64,000 nt of DNA from a virus (Duplodnaviria > Caudoviricetes), in the IMG/VR virus record IMGVR_UViG_3300018405_000011. One strand, 5' to 3'. Positions 10,447 through 20,444 of this stretch are shown here, in pieces (within the stretch, counting starts at the first letter, position 1; each line of letters starts with the position of its first letter). The translations under genes and the position numbers were made by a program. The notes under the pieces are model-generated. The model saw only the letters and a list, made by a program, of their open reading frames with translations, did no database searches and was not told the DNA's origin.

Positions 10447-11799
10447 ATGAGTAATCTACGTAAACACATTCTAGCATCGGCAGCGATGGCTAGCGCAGCC
10501 GTAACTGCTTTTGACATTAAAGAAGGCGGTGAAGTCGATGGTGCAACACTATTGGCCGATTTTGAACTCCCTTCAATGGAAGGCTATACTGAAGCTGAAT
10601 TTGAATTGGCAGAAGTCGAGTCAGTGCGTGAAGAATTCGATACTACCCGTGTAGGCTTAGAGTCTATTCAAAACTACTTGACGTCTGCAGTAGCAACGGG
10701 TGGCTTAACACCAGCCGCAGGTGGTTTCGTAACGGATATGTATTTGGCACTGACCGAACGCGTATCTGACCTACGTGCATCTATCGTAATGCCATCTATG
10801 GAGTCATACGAAGCAGACGGTGCGGCATTGGGTCAAACTGAAATCTCAATGGAAGCCGTTACACAAACGCTAAAACAGGTTATTGAAGCGATTAAGCGCG
10901 TTGTAACAATGGCGATTGAAGCTGCAATCAAGTTCTACAAACAGCACACTGACAAAGTGATGGGTCTTAAAGCGGGCCTAGAGAAACTTCAAGCTTCTGT
11001 ACGTACTGGTGTAGCCGGTGTTCCAGAGAAAGACACAGTCAATGTTTCTTCTATCGAATATCTATACGTCGACGGTAAGATCGATACTTCAGACATTTCT
11101 AGCTTTGTTAAGCCGGTAGTCTCTAACGGTAAAGAAATCAAGAAACTGATTGCTGAATACGCTAAAGGCCTAGAAAGCGTTAAAGAAGGCGAGCTAGATG
11201 CTGCAACTGCACTAACTGAAGGCGTGAAAGTAAAACTGCAAGAAGCGTTTGTGAAATCTTTCAATGCTAAGATCAAAATTGATGACAAACAAGCGAAAGA
11301 ACTAGGTTTAGGTGAAAGCTTTGGTGAACACCTATACAGCGGTATTCTAGCAGGTAACCGTGGCGTGTACGTATCTATTCCAGATGCAGACTCAGACCTA
11401 ACCACTAACGTTAAGGTTGAAGCGGCACCTAAAGCTAAAGAAGCACCAGAAACGGCACCAGCAGGCAAAGCATCAGACGCCGCAACGCATATCAAAATCG
11501 CTATGGCTAACATTGCACAATACGAAGAACTTAATGCATTAGGTTCTGACCTGATTGAAGAATGTAAGAAAATGGTTAAAGCGGTTGATAAAGCTGGTAA
11601 AGTACTGGATAAAGCAGCCGCCGGCGCAGATGGCGCACCAGCATTCCTAAGTGCTATCAAAGACGTGAAAGAGCTAAGCAACACTATCCGTACGGCGTAT
11701 ACCGATCTAGTGAAGTGGGCTGCTCAAGTGGCTAGTGCGCATGGTTCATACACTCAAGCTATCGTGAAGAACTTGAAAGTAGAGAAAAAGGCTGACTAA
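10447..11799 (+). CDS. Abundant internal head (ejection) protein, phiKZ gp93 / SPN3US gp53-54 family
   Basis: ATG 10447 after AAAGGA; acidic propeptide with SME (43-45), GLE (70-72), SME (117-119, 134-136); Ala/Lys-rich mature part. Confidence 0.7.
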   Translation: MSNLRKHILASAAMASAAVTAFDIKEGGEVDGATLLADFELPSMEGYTEAEFELAEVESVREEFDTTRVGLESIQNYLTSAVATGGLTPAAGGFVTDMYLALTERVSDLRASIVMPSMESYEADGAALGQTEISMEAVTQTLKQVIEAIKRVVTMAIEAAIKFYKQHTDKVMGLKAGLEKLQASVRTGVAGVPEKDTVNVSSIEYLYVDGKIDTSDISSFVKPVVSNGKEIKKLIAEYAKGLESVKEGELDAATALTEGVKVKLQEAFVKSFNAKIKIDDKQAKELGLGESFGEHLYSGILAGNRGVYVSIPDADSDLTTNVKVEAAPKAKEAPETAPAGKASDAATHIKIAMANIAQYEELNALGSDLIEECKKMVKAVDKAGKVLDKAAAGADGAPAFLSAIKDVKELSNTIRTAYTDLVKWAAQVASAHGSYTQAIVKNLKVEKKAD

Positions 11800-11834
11800 T
11801 CCCATCCTACAAATCTACTAACCTTTAACTAAAG

Positions 11835-11875
11835 CGATAACTGACCCATTCGTGGTGTCAGTTATCGACTTTTAT
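11835..11875 (+). terminator. Intrinsic terminator
   Basis: CGATAACTGAC...CCA-TTCG-TGG...GTCAGTTATCG followed by ACTTTTATT. Confidence 0.8.
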
Positions 11876-11895
11876 TGTCATAGCGAGAAAACGAA

Positions 11896-13149
11896 ATGTT
11901 AGCCAACTGGATACGCAATGACTTAAGTGCAGCGAAAGTTGACACACTGAGTCAGTTAATGAACACCCTACAGGTCGACGAGGACAGGGTTGCCTCGGCT
12001 GAAATCGATGCACTGCATGATAGCATGGAAATGGTCGAATTGTCCATGACTCAAGCCCAAACTCTCTTTACTAGCCTAGCGACTGTGCCTAAATGTAATG
12101 CTCAGTTAGCAGAAGCTATTGTAGCCTCTACCAATGCGGTACTCTATCCGACTACGGTAACAGTAAGCCTAGAAAACCTATTTACATTAGAAGACGATGG
12201 TGACTACGCTGTTTCTATGGAAGGAGTCACGTTTACATGGAAAGAAATTTATCGGTTTGTTGCATCAGCAACCCGTGTAATTGCTGACGCCGTAATGAAG
12301 TTTTTTGGTCGCCGTCTGACACTGATGGGTCAGCTCCATACCAAAGCTGTTCATCTAGAGCGTGAACTTAAAGACGTCAAGTTAGTAAACATGGATAAGT
12401 TAATGAGCATGACGCTGGTGTCAGAGGGCGCTGCTTTAGATATGTACCCTACGGTACGCGGTAAGTCTGCCGCTGGTATCCATGAAATAACCACGGTATT
12501 GAATGAACTCGTAAAAACGCTAGACCCTAAAGGCTACCGCATACACATCGAGTCATATGTTTCCCTGTTAGCCAGTGCGAAGTCAACCCCTACCGATGAA
12601 CTTATTAGCGCCCTCACGAATATTCGTAGAGAGCTGTATCGCGAGCTACGCACATATCTAAATGCGTCTCAGGGTAAAGAACCCGGTGCCGAAGTTAACA
12701 AGTTAAATTACAGTGAACTATTACCAGGCTTCCGTCGTTTTCGTTTGGAAATGACCAGCATGGATTATAAAGCACCGATGGTAAGTCTGGATACTGACCC
12801 TAACTACAAAGAGAAGCAATTCCGCTTTACCCCAGAAACACCACATTCATCGGAAATACTGTCTTCCCACATTGCAAAGTCGCTAGATGCAGCAATGCAG
12901 TTACGCCAGGATTACTTAGCCGTGCGTAAGTTTAAAGAACGCGCAGATGATGCGGTTAAGACACTGCAAGATCGTAGGCTTGAAGACGGGGGTGATTTAG
13001 GTTTGGTTGCTCTATACCGCGCTCTACCTTCGTACGTGCGCTGTTATACTGCACCATTAAAGATTAAGAGTGAACTAGTCTATATTTACTGCTTAGGCTT
13101 GCTTGACCTAATCCGCCTTTCTTATAAGGAATGGGAAGTAAAAATGTAA
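11896..13149 (+). CDS. Internal head protein, gp93-family paralog
   Basis: SME (43-45), SLE (91-93), VSMEG (106-110); tandem with the previous paralog. Confidence 0.6.
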   Translation: MLANWIRNDLSAAKVDTLSQLMNTLQVDEDRVASAEIDALHDSMEMVELSMTQAQTLFTSLATVPKCNAQLAEAIVASTNAVLYPTTVTVSLENLFTLEDDGDYAVSMEGVTFTWKEIYRFVASATRVIADAVMKFFGRRLTLMGQLHTKAVHLERELKDVKLVNMDKLMSMTLVSEGAALDMYPTVRGKSAAGIHEITTVLNELVKTLDPKGYRIHIESYVSLLASAKSTPTDELISALTNIRRELYRELRTYLNASQGKEPGAEVNKLNYSELLPGFRRFRLEMTSMDYKAPMVSLDTDPNYKEKQFRFTPETPHSSEILSSHIAKSLDAAMQLRQDYLAVRKFKERADDAVKTLQDRRLEDGGDLGLVALYRALPSYVRCYTAPLKIKSELVYIYCLGLLDLIRLSYKEWEVKM

Positions 13150-13154
13150 TCCAT

Positions 13155-13192
13155 TAAGGAACAGTGCTCTAACCGGCACTGTTCCTTATTTT
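13155..13192 (+). terminator. Intrinsic terminator
   Basis: 13 bp stem TAAGGAACAGTGC / GCACTGTTCCTTA plus TTTT. Confidence 0.8.
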
Positions 13193-13238
13193 ATGCTCTA
13201 TAGTGGAGTCGAATCCTGTAGACATAGGAGATTTTACC

Positions 13239-14837
13239 ATGCCACGCATTTTACGCTCTATACCTCAGGAACTGACCGGTACTACCCGTCGAATTGTAGG
13301 TCAGATAACCAAGGACTTCTTAAAGCAAACAGCCTTTCCTGAAGAAGTCGATTTAGTCTATGAGGGAGAAATCTCAGGCAGCACTAAAAGCCTAATTAAC
13401 TTCTTCGATGCGGCTAAGAAAGACCCTATCCGTACCCGCTTTCACAACTACGCGTTTCTTTCCTATCGAGAAACCTTTCTTGAAGACCACATTAACCTAT
13501 CACGGTGGCAGAACGCGTATATCTCAGATGTATTTGCGGATGCAGAACACGGAATTCGGTTACGTCCTCAGTATGCTACAGCGCTAGTAGAACTTGAGAT
13601 TAAACTCCGTACGAAGAACTTATCGACTTTACACAGTTGGATATCCAACCTAAGACTTACCCATGGTCAAGGTAATCTAAACTGGAACCATGACGTAGAC
13701 TATGAGTATGATATCCCCTACGACTTTATTGAGTTTATCGGTGAAGCATATACCCTAAAAGAATCCGTAATGCCAGATGGAGAGAGTTTATCAGTCTATC
13801 TAGGACGTACGTTTAGAAAAGGGGTTAATAAGCGTTCTTCTTTAAATGGAGTAAACGTAGACCTCATCTGCGTCGAAAAACAAAGGGACGTCTTAGGGCT
13901 CGCTACCAATGAATTTTTCTACAATGAGAAAGAAGTCGCTGATAGCATTTACGAGATAACCATTCCGTATCGGTATGAATATAAGAAACCGATTGGGCTT
14001 ACGATGACAGTACCCTGTAGTATCCGTAACCAGCTCATCCCACAGCGTTTTATCGACGCATGGGTACCTAAAGTCGACCGTAAAACCGATGAAGTCGAGT
14101 TACCTCTTTATTACGCCTCGTTTTATGACCCAGTAATAAACCCTTTGTTTCATATTGCCGATGGTGGTAGTCGTGTAAGGGAATGGGATGATTGGTTTCC
14201 AATTAACTATCAGACCCTGGTACAGACCGTGACAATCGTCCCTGTACGTGTCAATGTTAAATCCCCTAAAGAGGTCTTTAATATAAGGGACATCGAGGAC
14301 CGTTATCTTCCTAGTGCCGTAAAAGACTACCTCTCTAACTTTTCGACCAGTCAAGGATATTTTCCAGAAAGTCTAGTCACGATAGAGTTATTTGAAGTGG
14401 GTAGCGAAGAGCGTGTCTTACCACATCTGTTATCGCCATCCTTAGACTTAAGTAGCTATACTGATCTAGACCCACGGAAACGTTACTACGTCCGTATTGG
14501 GTTACTGAAAGACTTAGCGCGATATAATGCTAGAGAGACAGAAAAGCTGCTAAAGCAGCCGGATATGGCAATTGATATCTTTAAGCTTTATGACCCTGAA
14601 GTCTACATTACCGAAGACGAGAAGGAAGCCCGTCGCCTTTTACCTGACACGGTTATTCAGACCAACTATAAAAATATCCCTTCGGTTCTATTTAGTCCGA
14701 ATGGCACAGCGATTACCCCGCGTTCATTTACCATATGGCTAAGAAAGCTAAAGAGTACAAACTTACTCTTTAAGAACTTGGCAATTCATGGTGGACGTCA
14801 GGTCACTAACTTTACTATTTCAGCGAACCGGAGATAA
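13239..14837 (+). CDS. Virion structural protein (phiKZ gp98-like, neck/tail region)
   Basis: ATG 13239 after AGGAG; long ORF first in a coupled four-gene run; synteny. Confidence 0.5.
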   Translation: MPRILRSIPQELTGTTRRIVGQITKDFLKQTAFPEEVDLVYEGEISGSTKSLINFFDAAKKDPIRTRFHNYAFLSYRETFLEDHINLSRWQNAYISDVFADAEHGIRLRPQYATALVELEIKLRTKNLSTLHSWISNLRLTHGQGNLNWNHDVDYEYDIPYDFIEFIGEAYTLKESVMPDGESLSVYLGRTFRKGVNKRSSLNGVNVDLICVEKQRDVLGLATNEFFYNEKEVADSIYEITIPYRYEYKKPIGLTMTVPCSIRNQLIPQRFIDAWVPKVDRKTDEVELPLYYASFYDPVINPLFHIADGGSRVREWDDWFPINYQTLVQTVTIVPVRVNVKSPKEVFNIRDIEDRYLPSAVKDYLSNFSTSQGYFPESLVTIELFEVGSEERVLPHLLSPSLDLSSYTDLDPRKRYYVRIGLLKDLARYNARETEKLLKQPDMAIDIFKLYDPEVYITEDEKEARRLLPDTVIQTNYKNIPSVLFSPNGTAITPRSFTIWLRKLKSTNLLFKNLAIHGGRQVTNFTISANRR

Positions 14838-14839
14838 CC

Positions 14840-16057
14840 ATGGGTATTTGGAATGAACCACCTGCGGAAGCAGAATCTACCGAAACCGTAGTTGAGATTC
14901 CACCGACCAGTTCCGTCTATGAAGGCGAGACTAAACAGCTCATAGAAGGTATCCAGTACAACGGAGACCCATGGAAGGGCACGTGGTATAGTCAACTACT
15001 GGACGAAGACGATATTCCCCAGAGACTGGATTTAAAGCTCAGTCCTACTATCCAGCAATATGTTAAGATAGTAGACTTTGTAGTACTGCAAAGCAGTGAG
15101 CTAAGTCCTTCTACCGATGAGAATATCATTACTGAGTTAACAGCAGAAGCTGTCCTCTATCCGAGCGTTACACCTAATAGAGGTGACCATTTCGTTGCTC
15201 CCATGAGTGATGGACGGATAGGTCTCTTTGTTGTCACGGCACTCGAGCGTACAGGCTACTATGCGCAGCGTACTCACCAGGTCACATTAGAGCTGGTCGA
15301 CTACATGAACGAGACTTACCAAGCCAACTTAGACCTAAAGACCGTACAGACTCTGTACTTTGACCCAGCTAATCCACTTAGTCCAGGTACTTCTTCACAG
15401 GCAACGCTACAGCGCTATGACACGGCCTCTAAGCTAATGGAGCTTGTGCATTGGTGGTGGGATGAGTTCTACGACCTAACCACGCGTACAGGTATTCATC
15501 CTGGCTATGAAGACTCAGGGCGTACTTACGATGCCGAGGTTATCGAGTTCTTAACTAAGATACTACCTTATGACATCTATAAGCAGCTCCCTAAACTCTT
15601 TAATTACCCTATCCCTTCTCAAACCTACAAAAAACAGTTTAGTAGTGTATGGGATATTTTAGTGGACGGGGAAGTCACGCACCTAAAACGCATTGACCGG
15701 TATGTAAGAACAACACCCATTGCGGAGTTTAGAGCCCAGTATGTCTATTCGGCTGTAGGCTTTAGTCACGTTGACCGTGTTATCATACCGTCTAAGCAAT
15801 CGACATTGGTTGGCTATAACGCAGTCATTGCCGAAGAAACGGTACTCAGCGATACATACGTGATGTCCTCTGGCTTTTTCGAAGAAAAGGTACAGGAGAT
15901 GACTCCGCTAGAGTTAATTGTCTACAAAGCCATTACGCAGCAGTCATTTACACTGGAAGAGGTAGTTCAGGAGATTGATTATCTCTATGAAGCCCCGTTA
16001 GAAAAACAGTTCTATCGCATTCCGGTAATGATATGGCTATTGCTGAGGCTCATTTAA
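14840..16057 (+). CDS. Virion structural protein (phiKZ gp99-like)
   Basis: G.PW...WYSQ and YP...PN.GD.F motifs recalled for this family; synteny. Confidence 0.55.
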   Translation: MGIWNEPPAEAESTETVVEIPPTSSVYEGETKQLIEGIQYNGDPWKGTWYSQLLDEDDIPQRLDLKLSPTIQQYVKIVDFVVLQSSELSPSTDENIITELTAEAVLYPSVTPNRGDHFVAPMSDGRIGLFVVTALERTGYYAQRTHQVTLELVDYMNETYQANLDLKTVQTLYFDPANPLSPGTSSQATLQRYDTASKLMELVHWWWDEFYDLTTRTGIHPGYEDSGRTYDAEVIEFLTKILPYDIYKQLPKLFNYPIPSQTYKKQFSSVWDILVDGEVTHLKRIDRYVRTTPIAEFRAQYVYSAVGFSHVDRVIIPSKQSTLVGYNAVIAEETVLSDTYVMSSGFFEEKVQEMTPLELIVYKAITQQSFTLEEVVQEIDYLYEAPLEKQFYRIPVMIWLLLRLI

Positions 16058-16082
16058 ACCGCCATAAAAGAGGAATCCCGTC

Positions 16083-16748
16083 ATGTCCGATTATACTTTA
16101 TATGGACTTGCAAAAAAGATATTTGATACCCCGTTTCAAATGAAACTTACCGCTACAGAAAAAGATACGTTAATTGAGTCTCAAAAAGAAATTGAGGTCA
16201 TTAACGCACAGCCTGTGGGCGGGTATGATATTAATGGGGTTTTATGGAATGTCAGCAGTCCCATGGAAGCGTACATAAAAAGCGCTATGCAACATAAAAC
16301 TGCCTTAACCGGTGATGATGAGTATGATAAGGTACTGATGGGGATTCCTCAGGCGGTTAATCTTTCGATTAACCAAATGGTGGAGTTATGGGACACCATG
16401 GCGACCTTACGGTTTGTTTCTGCCAGTGACGTAGTCGACGTGTTTGAAACGATAGACCTTTATTTAGAGAAGATAGAGGATGCATCATGGCTTTCGCCTA
16501 ACTACCGTAAGCCTCCAGAGGAAGACATGCGTAAGTTAAGGGCGTTACTGGAAGCCATCCGTGACCGTGCAGATACGATTATGGTAGCCTCTGAAGACCA
16601 TACTGGATGGAATAGCCTGATGGACTGGTTTGCTCCTACGGCGTTTATTCCAGGAGAGGCAAAGGTCACCAGTACCGTTCCTCAGAAGCGCAGTCTACGC
16701 GACGTCGCCCATGTCAATAAAGACGACCCTTTCGCTTTCTTACTTTAA
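16083..16748 (+). CDS. Conserved structural-module protein (phiKZ gp100-like)
   Basis: AGAGGA RBS; ...SPNYRKPPEEDMRKL motif; synteny. Confidence 0.5.
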   Translation: MSDYTLYGLAKKIFDTPFQMKLTATEKDTLIESQKEIEVINAQPVGGYDINGVLWNVSSPMEAYIKSAMQHKTALTGDDEYDKVLMGIPQAVNLSINQMVELWDTMATLRFVSASDVVDVFETIDLYLEKIEDASWLSPNYRKPPEEDMRKLRALLEAIRDRADTIMVASEDHTGWNSLMDWFAPTAFIPGEAKVTSTVPQKRSLRDVAHVNKDDPFAFLL

Positions 16749-16761
16749 AGGATAGTCTGTT

Positions 16762-18123
16762 ATGTTAGACAACCCACTCATCCGGATTGAGTACGATAAA
16801 ATCATCAATACTCCGTTGTCCGACGTACTGTGGAAACTCGAAGCCATCGTCGTCGCCAATGGAATCCGATTAAAACTCCCGAATGTCTTTACCCGTGAAA
16901 CTATCCGTGACTATGAAACTCAGTTTGGGGATGAAGTCTATTTAACGGCACAGGTAGGACTGACCACTTACCAAGACTACATTTTACCTTATAAGGATAA
17001 TTTAAAGGTCGATGTCGTCCGTACGTTGCTCGACGGCAAGGGTAATGAGATTCCTTCTGCTCTACAAGAGAAGGATACGTATACGGCGTTCTTGCTAGCC
17101 CCCCCTAACTTAGACCTCATGGCCCCATCGCGGGGTTATGACAATAAGCAGATTAATGAGCTGTCTCAGCTCGTGGATATCAACTTCCAGCTTATCGACC
17201 CATTGCTGAACGAAATGCGCATGGTCGACGTTTCTGGCGTATATCGTGGAAACAATGGATTATCAATGGAAGGGGTGCTTAAAACACTCTATAGCTACAA
17301 TGCCAACGCCAATGCCACAGAGTCGACATTAAACAGTAAACGGTACACGGGCGTACGTGGAGTTGACGTAACACCGGTACACAATACCAAAGTTTACGGG
17401 AATCTCGTTATCCCTACCGGCACCCGTTTAACGCAGATAGCAGGATATCTCCAGAAAACCTATGGGGTTTACCAAAATGGGATTAATCGCTACTATCAGG
17501 ACAGTAGATGGTTCATATACCCTCTGTATGACCATCTAAGGTATAAGAAGTCTAAAAAGCGACTAACTATACTTAATATCCCTAACGACGAACTGGTGGC
17601 TCCTGAGCGCTCTTTTAACGTACGTGAAGATAACGTCACTATTCTTGCTACTGGCAATACCCTAGTCTTAGACCAGACGGAAAACATTGCCGCTAATCAA
17701 GGTACGGGCTTACGCTTTACCAAAGCCTCCACCTTAATAGACGGAATGCAAACAACAAAAGGGAATAAGGCTACGGCTAACACAGAGAACACCAATCAAG
17801 GATTGGCCATTCAGCAAAAGCCAAATGGACTCACCAATGCTCGGTATTCTAGTCGAGGAATGACGGATAACCCTTACGTCGAAATCTCTGAGTTAGCAAA
17901 AGGGTTAGGGATTATTACCACGGTAAATTGGGCAAACGCCAAACCAAAATATCTTTACCCCGGTATGCCAGTAAAGATGTTTTACAGTAAAGAAGGTGGC
18001 GTTAAAGAGATATACGGTACGTTACTGGGTGTTCGCATCAGCGAGGCGCCGTCTACCAGTCGGCTTACGGATAACACGTACCTTACTAACTGTACGCTAG
18101 TGCTACATTTACAAAAAACATAA
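16762..18123 (+). CDS. Virion structural protein, baseplate hub-like (phiKZ gp101-like)
   Basis: IP.GT.L..IA.YLQ..YGVY..G...YYQ...WFIYP and LYPGMPVK motifs; synteny. Confidence 0.55.
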   Translation: MLDNPLIRIEYDKIINTPLSDVLWKLEAIVVANGIRLKLPNVFTRETIRDYETQFGDEVYLTAQVGLTTYQDYILPYKDNLKVDVVRTLLDGKGNEIPSALQEKDTYTAFLLAPPNLDLMAPSRGYDNKQINELSQLVDINFQLIDPLLNEMRMVDVSGVYRGNNGLSMEGVLKTLYSYNANANATESTLNSKRYTGVRGVDVTPVHNTKVYGNLVIPTGTRLTQIAGYLQKTYGVYQNGINRYYQDSRWFIYPLYDHLRYKKSKKRLTILNIPNDELVAPERSFNVREDNVTILATGNTLVLDQTENIAANQGTGLRFTKASTLIDGMQTTKGNKATANTENTNQGLAIQQKPNGLTNARYSSRGMTDNPYVEISELAKGLGIITTVNWANAKPKYLYPGMPVKMFYSKEGGVKEIYGTLLGVRISEAPSTSRLTDNTYLTNCTLVLHLQKT

Positions 18124-18127
18124 TTCT

Positions 18128-18162
18128 TATACTCTACGTCCTTTAGCGGGACGTAGAGTATA
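18128..18162. terminator. Bidirectional terminator
   Basis: 14 bp stem TATACTCTACGTCC / GGACGTAGAGTATA, loop TTTAGCG, between convergent genes. Confidence 0.8.
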
Positions 18163-18204
18163 AAGGGAGTTTCCCCTATTCATTTCATTTTAAGCTTCTG
18201 GTTT

Positions 18205-19779
18205 TTACCAACCGTCTTCAATATCATCTTCTACAATGTAACCGCCCGTAGTAATGGCTTCTGCCCCACCATCAAAGCCTGCAAAGCTGTATAACGCATT
18301 GCCTTCTGGTGCTTCGACATCTAAGTCATCTACGATTCCATACGGGGTGAACTCGTAGTAGAATGTCTTATGTTTAATCGGCGTAGAGTCACTGGTACCA
18401 CGGCGTTTACCCAATGAAGCGGTTAAGAACTTCTTATCACCGATTTCGTGGATATGCAGTAGCATCTCCCCATCCAGTTTTTGACTCAACCCCATTGCGT
18501 TATAGTAGTAGCTACCTTCAGCAAACTTCTTCGCAATGTTTGATGTACCTTCACGGGCTAACTTACGGGCATCACTGGATAGCTGATGGGCAGTAAGCTG
18601 GGTAATACCACGAGGGAAACAGTGGTTACGCAATACTTCAAAAGTATAGGTAATGATTTCATCCGTACGTTTACCGCTCTTGCCTGTGTACTTTTTAGTA
18701 ATCAGTTCAGGATAGTCGACAATAACCGCGTGTATCTCATACCCTTTTGCTTCATAATAACTGAGTACATCAATAAGGTCCCATACATCAAACTGGTTAG
18801 GGTCATAGCAGCGCATTTCAAACTCATAACCGTTCACGCGTAAGCGGTCGATGACATAACGTGCTGCTTCGTCCGCATCCACAGAGGCTAAGTCTAACTT
18901 TTGTTTGTGTTCTTGTTCCCACAACGAGCGATAAATAAGCGGTAAGTCCTGCTCGATTTTGTTTTCGAACGACAAACGCAGAATAAGGGGCTTTTTATTC
19001 TTATCAAGCATGTGTGGGACATTGTAAAGCGGGAACCATCGGCAATAGTCGAGTAGAATACCCGTTTTATAGTTGTGCGTAAGCGCGCCGTAGTTAAACT
19101 GTTCGCCACGGAAATGTCCTAAGCCGCCTAATGCGCGGTTAAGGCCTTTAAGCCCAGTACGCAATACCCCTTCCACGGAGTTAAGCTCTTGAGTCCGTCT
19201 CATCGCTTCTACAACCGAATCTATGTCCGAAGTAGAGAGTGACCCACTAAACCCTTTCTTTTCTTCTTCGCCGGTGTTTTCAAACTCACGGATGCGCTCT
19301 AGCATCTCTTTAGCGTGGGCTAGGATGTCAATGCTGCCATCACCAAAGTTTATGTCTTTATTGGCTTTCCTATAAAGTAAGGCGTATTCATGATTACGGA
19401 TAGAGTGTTGGAGTTCACTGATGATAGTCTTTACGCGTTCAGCGTTTTGGTACATGTCATCGTACAACGTACATTGACGCTCTAGTGAGGCGATATAGTC
19501 ACTTGCAAATGCACAGTTCAAACGAATGCGTTCGATAAGGTCTATCTTGTCAACCTTAATATCTGAGGGTAGTGTGCGCAGCCAATCTAAGGTGGCTCTT
19601 AATGCATGGGCAATTTCCCCATCACTGCCTTCGCCCATGACATCGGCAGGCATCTTAATTAAAGCAATGGCTCGGTCTACTACCGATTCCAATTTACCAT
19701 TAGGCTCAGCTAAATGACGATTGATATACCAGCCTACGACGGACTTCACAAGAACTAGGTTTGGGTTTTCGTTAATCAT
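18205..19779 (-). CDS. dnaB: Replicative DnaB-like helicase (phiKZ gp118-like)
   Basis: Variant Walker A GALTHNYKT, Walker B VIVDY, TAHQLS motif, KRRG arginine finger; divergent from the capsid gene as in phiKZ. Confidence 0.85.
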   Translation of the reverse strand: MINENPNLVLVKSVVGWYINRHLAEPNGKLESVVDRAIALIKMPADVMGEGSDGEIAHALRATLDWLRTLPSDIKVDKIDLIERIRLNCAFASDYIASLERQCTLYDDMYQNAERVKTIISELQHSIRNHEYALLYRKANKDINFGDGSIDILAHAKEMLERIREFENTGEEEKKGFSGSLSTSDIDSVVEAMRRTQELNSVEGVLRTGLKGLNRALGGLGHFRGEQFNYGALTHNYKTGILLDYCRWFPLYNVPHMLDKNKKPLILRLSFENKIEQDLPLIYRSLWEQEHKQKLDLASVDADEAARYVIDRLRVNGYEFEMRCYDPNQFDVWDLIDVLSYYEAKGYEIHAVIVDYPELITKKYTGKSGKRTDEIITYTFEVLRNHCFPRGITQLTAHQLSSDARKLAREGTSNIAKKFAEGSYYYNAMGLSQKLDGEMLLHIHEIGDKKFLTASLGKRRGTSDSTPIKHKTFYYEFTPYGIVDDLDVEAPEGNALYSFAGFDGGAEAITTGGYIVEDDIEDGW

Positions 19780-19931
19780 TCTTTAGGTTTCCAATACTTT
19801 TAATATTCTTTATGCTACGGTATTTTATCTGTGGATAATTTAACACTTGAACTAAACAATGACCACAGTGTATATATAGACTAATACTGTAGGGATATGA
19901 CCTATTTTCTTCTTCTATAAGGAAGCCTTTT

Positions 19932-20387
19932 ATGAAAGCCGTCTTTCTCAATGCCGGTTTAACCCGCGCTCTTAAGTCGCACGGCCTTAAGCTGGATGGA
20001 ACAGAAGGCCTCACGAACTTTAAAGATTTCTTCACCTACAGTGACTTAGCCACCATGGAGTACGAAACAGCTTGTCTGTTAAAGGCTCCGGTTATCAATG
20101 AGATAGGACTGGTTTCTTACTTCAATGATGATGAGACAAGCCTGAGTGATGATTCTGATATCAGTTACGCGGGTCTTTTTGGTGACACTGTAAGTCCACA
20201 AGACGCACAGTCACGCATTCGTACTCTTAATTGTGTAGTAACACAAGAGGGCTGTTTGGTATTGTTTGAAGACACTGCCAATACAGTCAATGTTCTAGAA
20301 AACCTTTTGTTAGCTCTAGAACGCATACATCCTATAGACGACATCTTAAAGATGCCGCTATGGTCTGTATATTTAAAAAATTCTTAA
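19932..20387 (+). CDS. Small head-associated protein (phiKZ gp119-like)
   Basis: 151 aa ORF directly upstream of the major capsid gene; synteny only. Confidence 0.5.
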   Translation: MKAVFLNAGLTRALKSHGLKLDGTEGLTNFKDFFTYSDLATMEYETACLLKAPVINEIGLVSYFNDDETSLSDDSDISYAGLFGDTVSPQDAQSRIRTLNCVVTQEGCLVLFEDTANTVNVLENLLLALERIHPIDDILKMPLWSVYLKNS

Positions 20388-20444
20388 ACCTGTCTTTTAA
20401 AGACGATTACATGTAATGAAACCTCTAGCTGGAGAATATTTAAA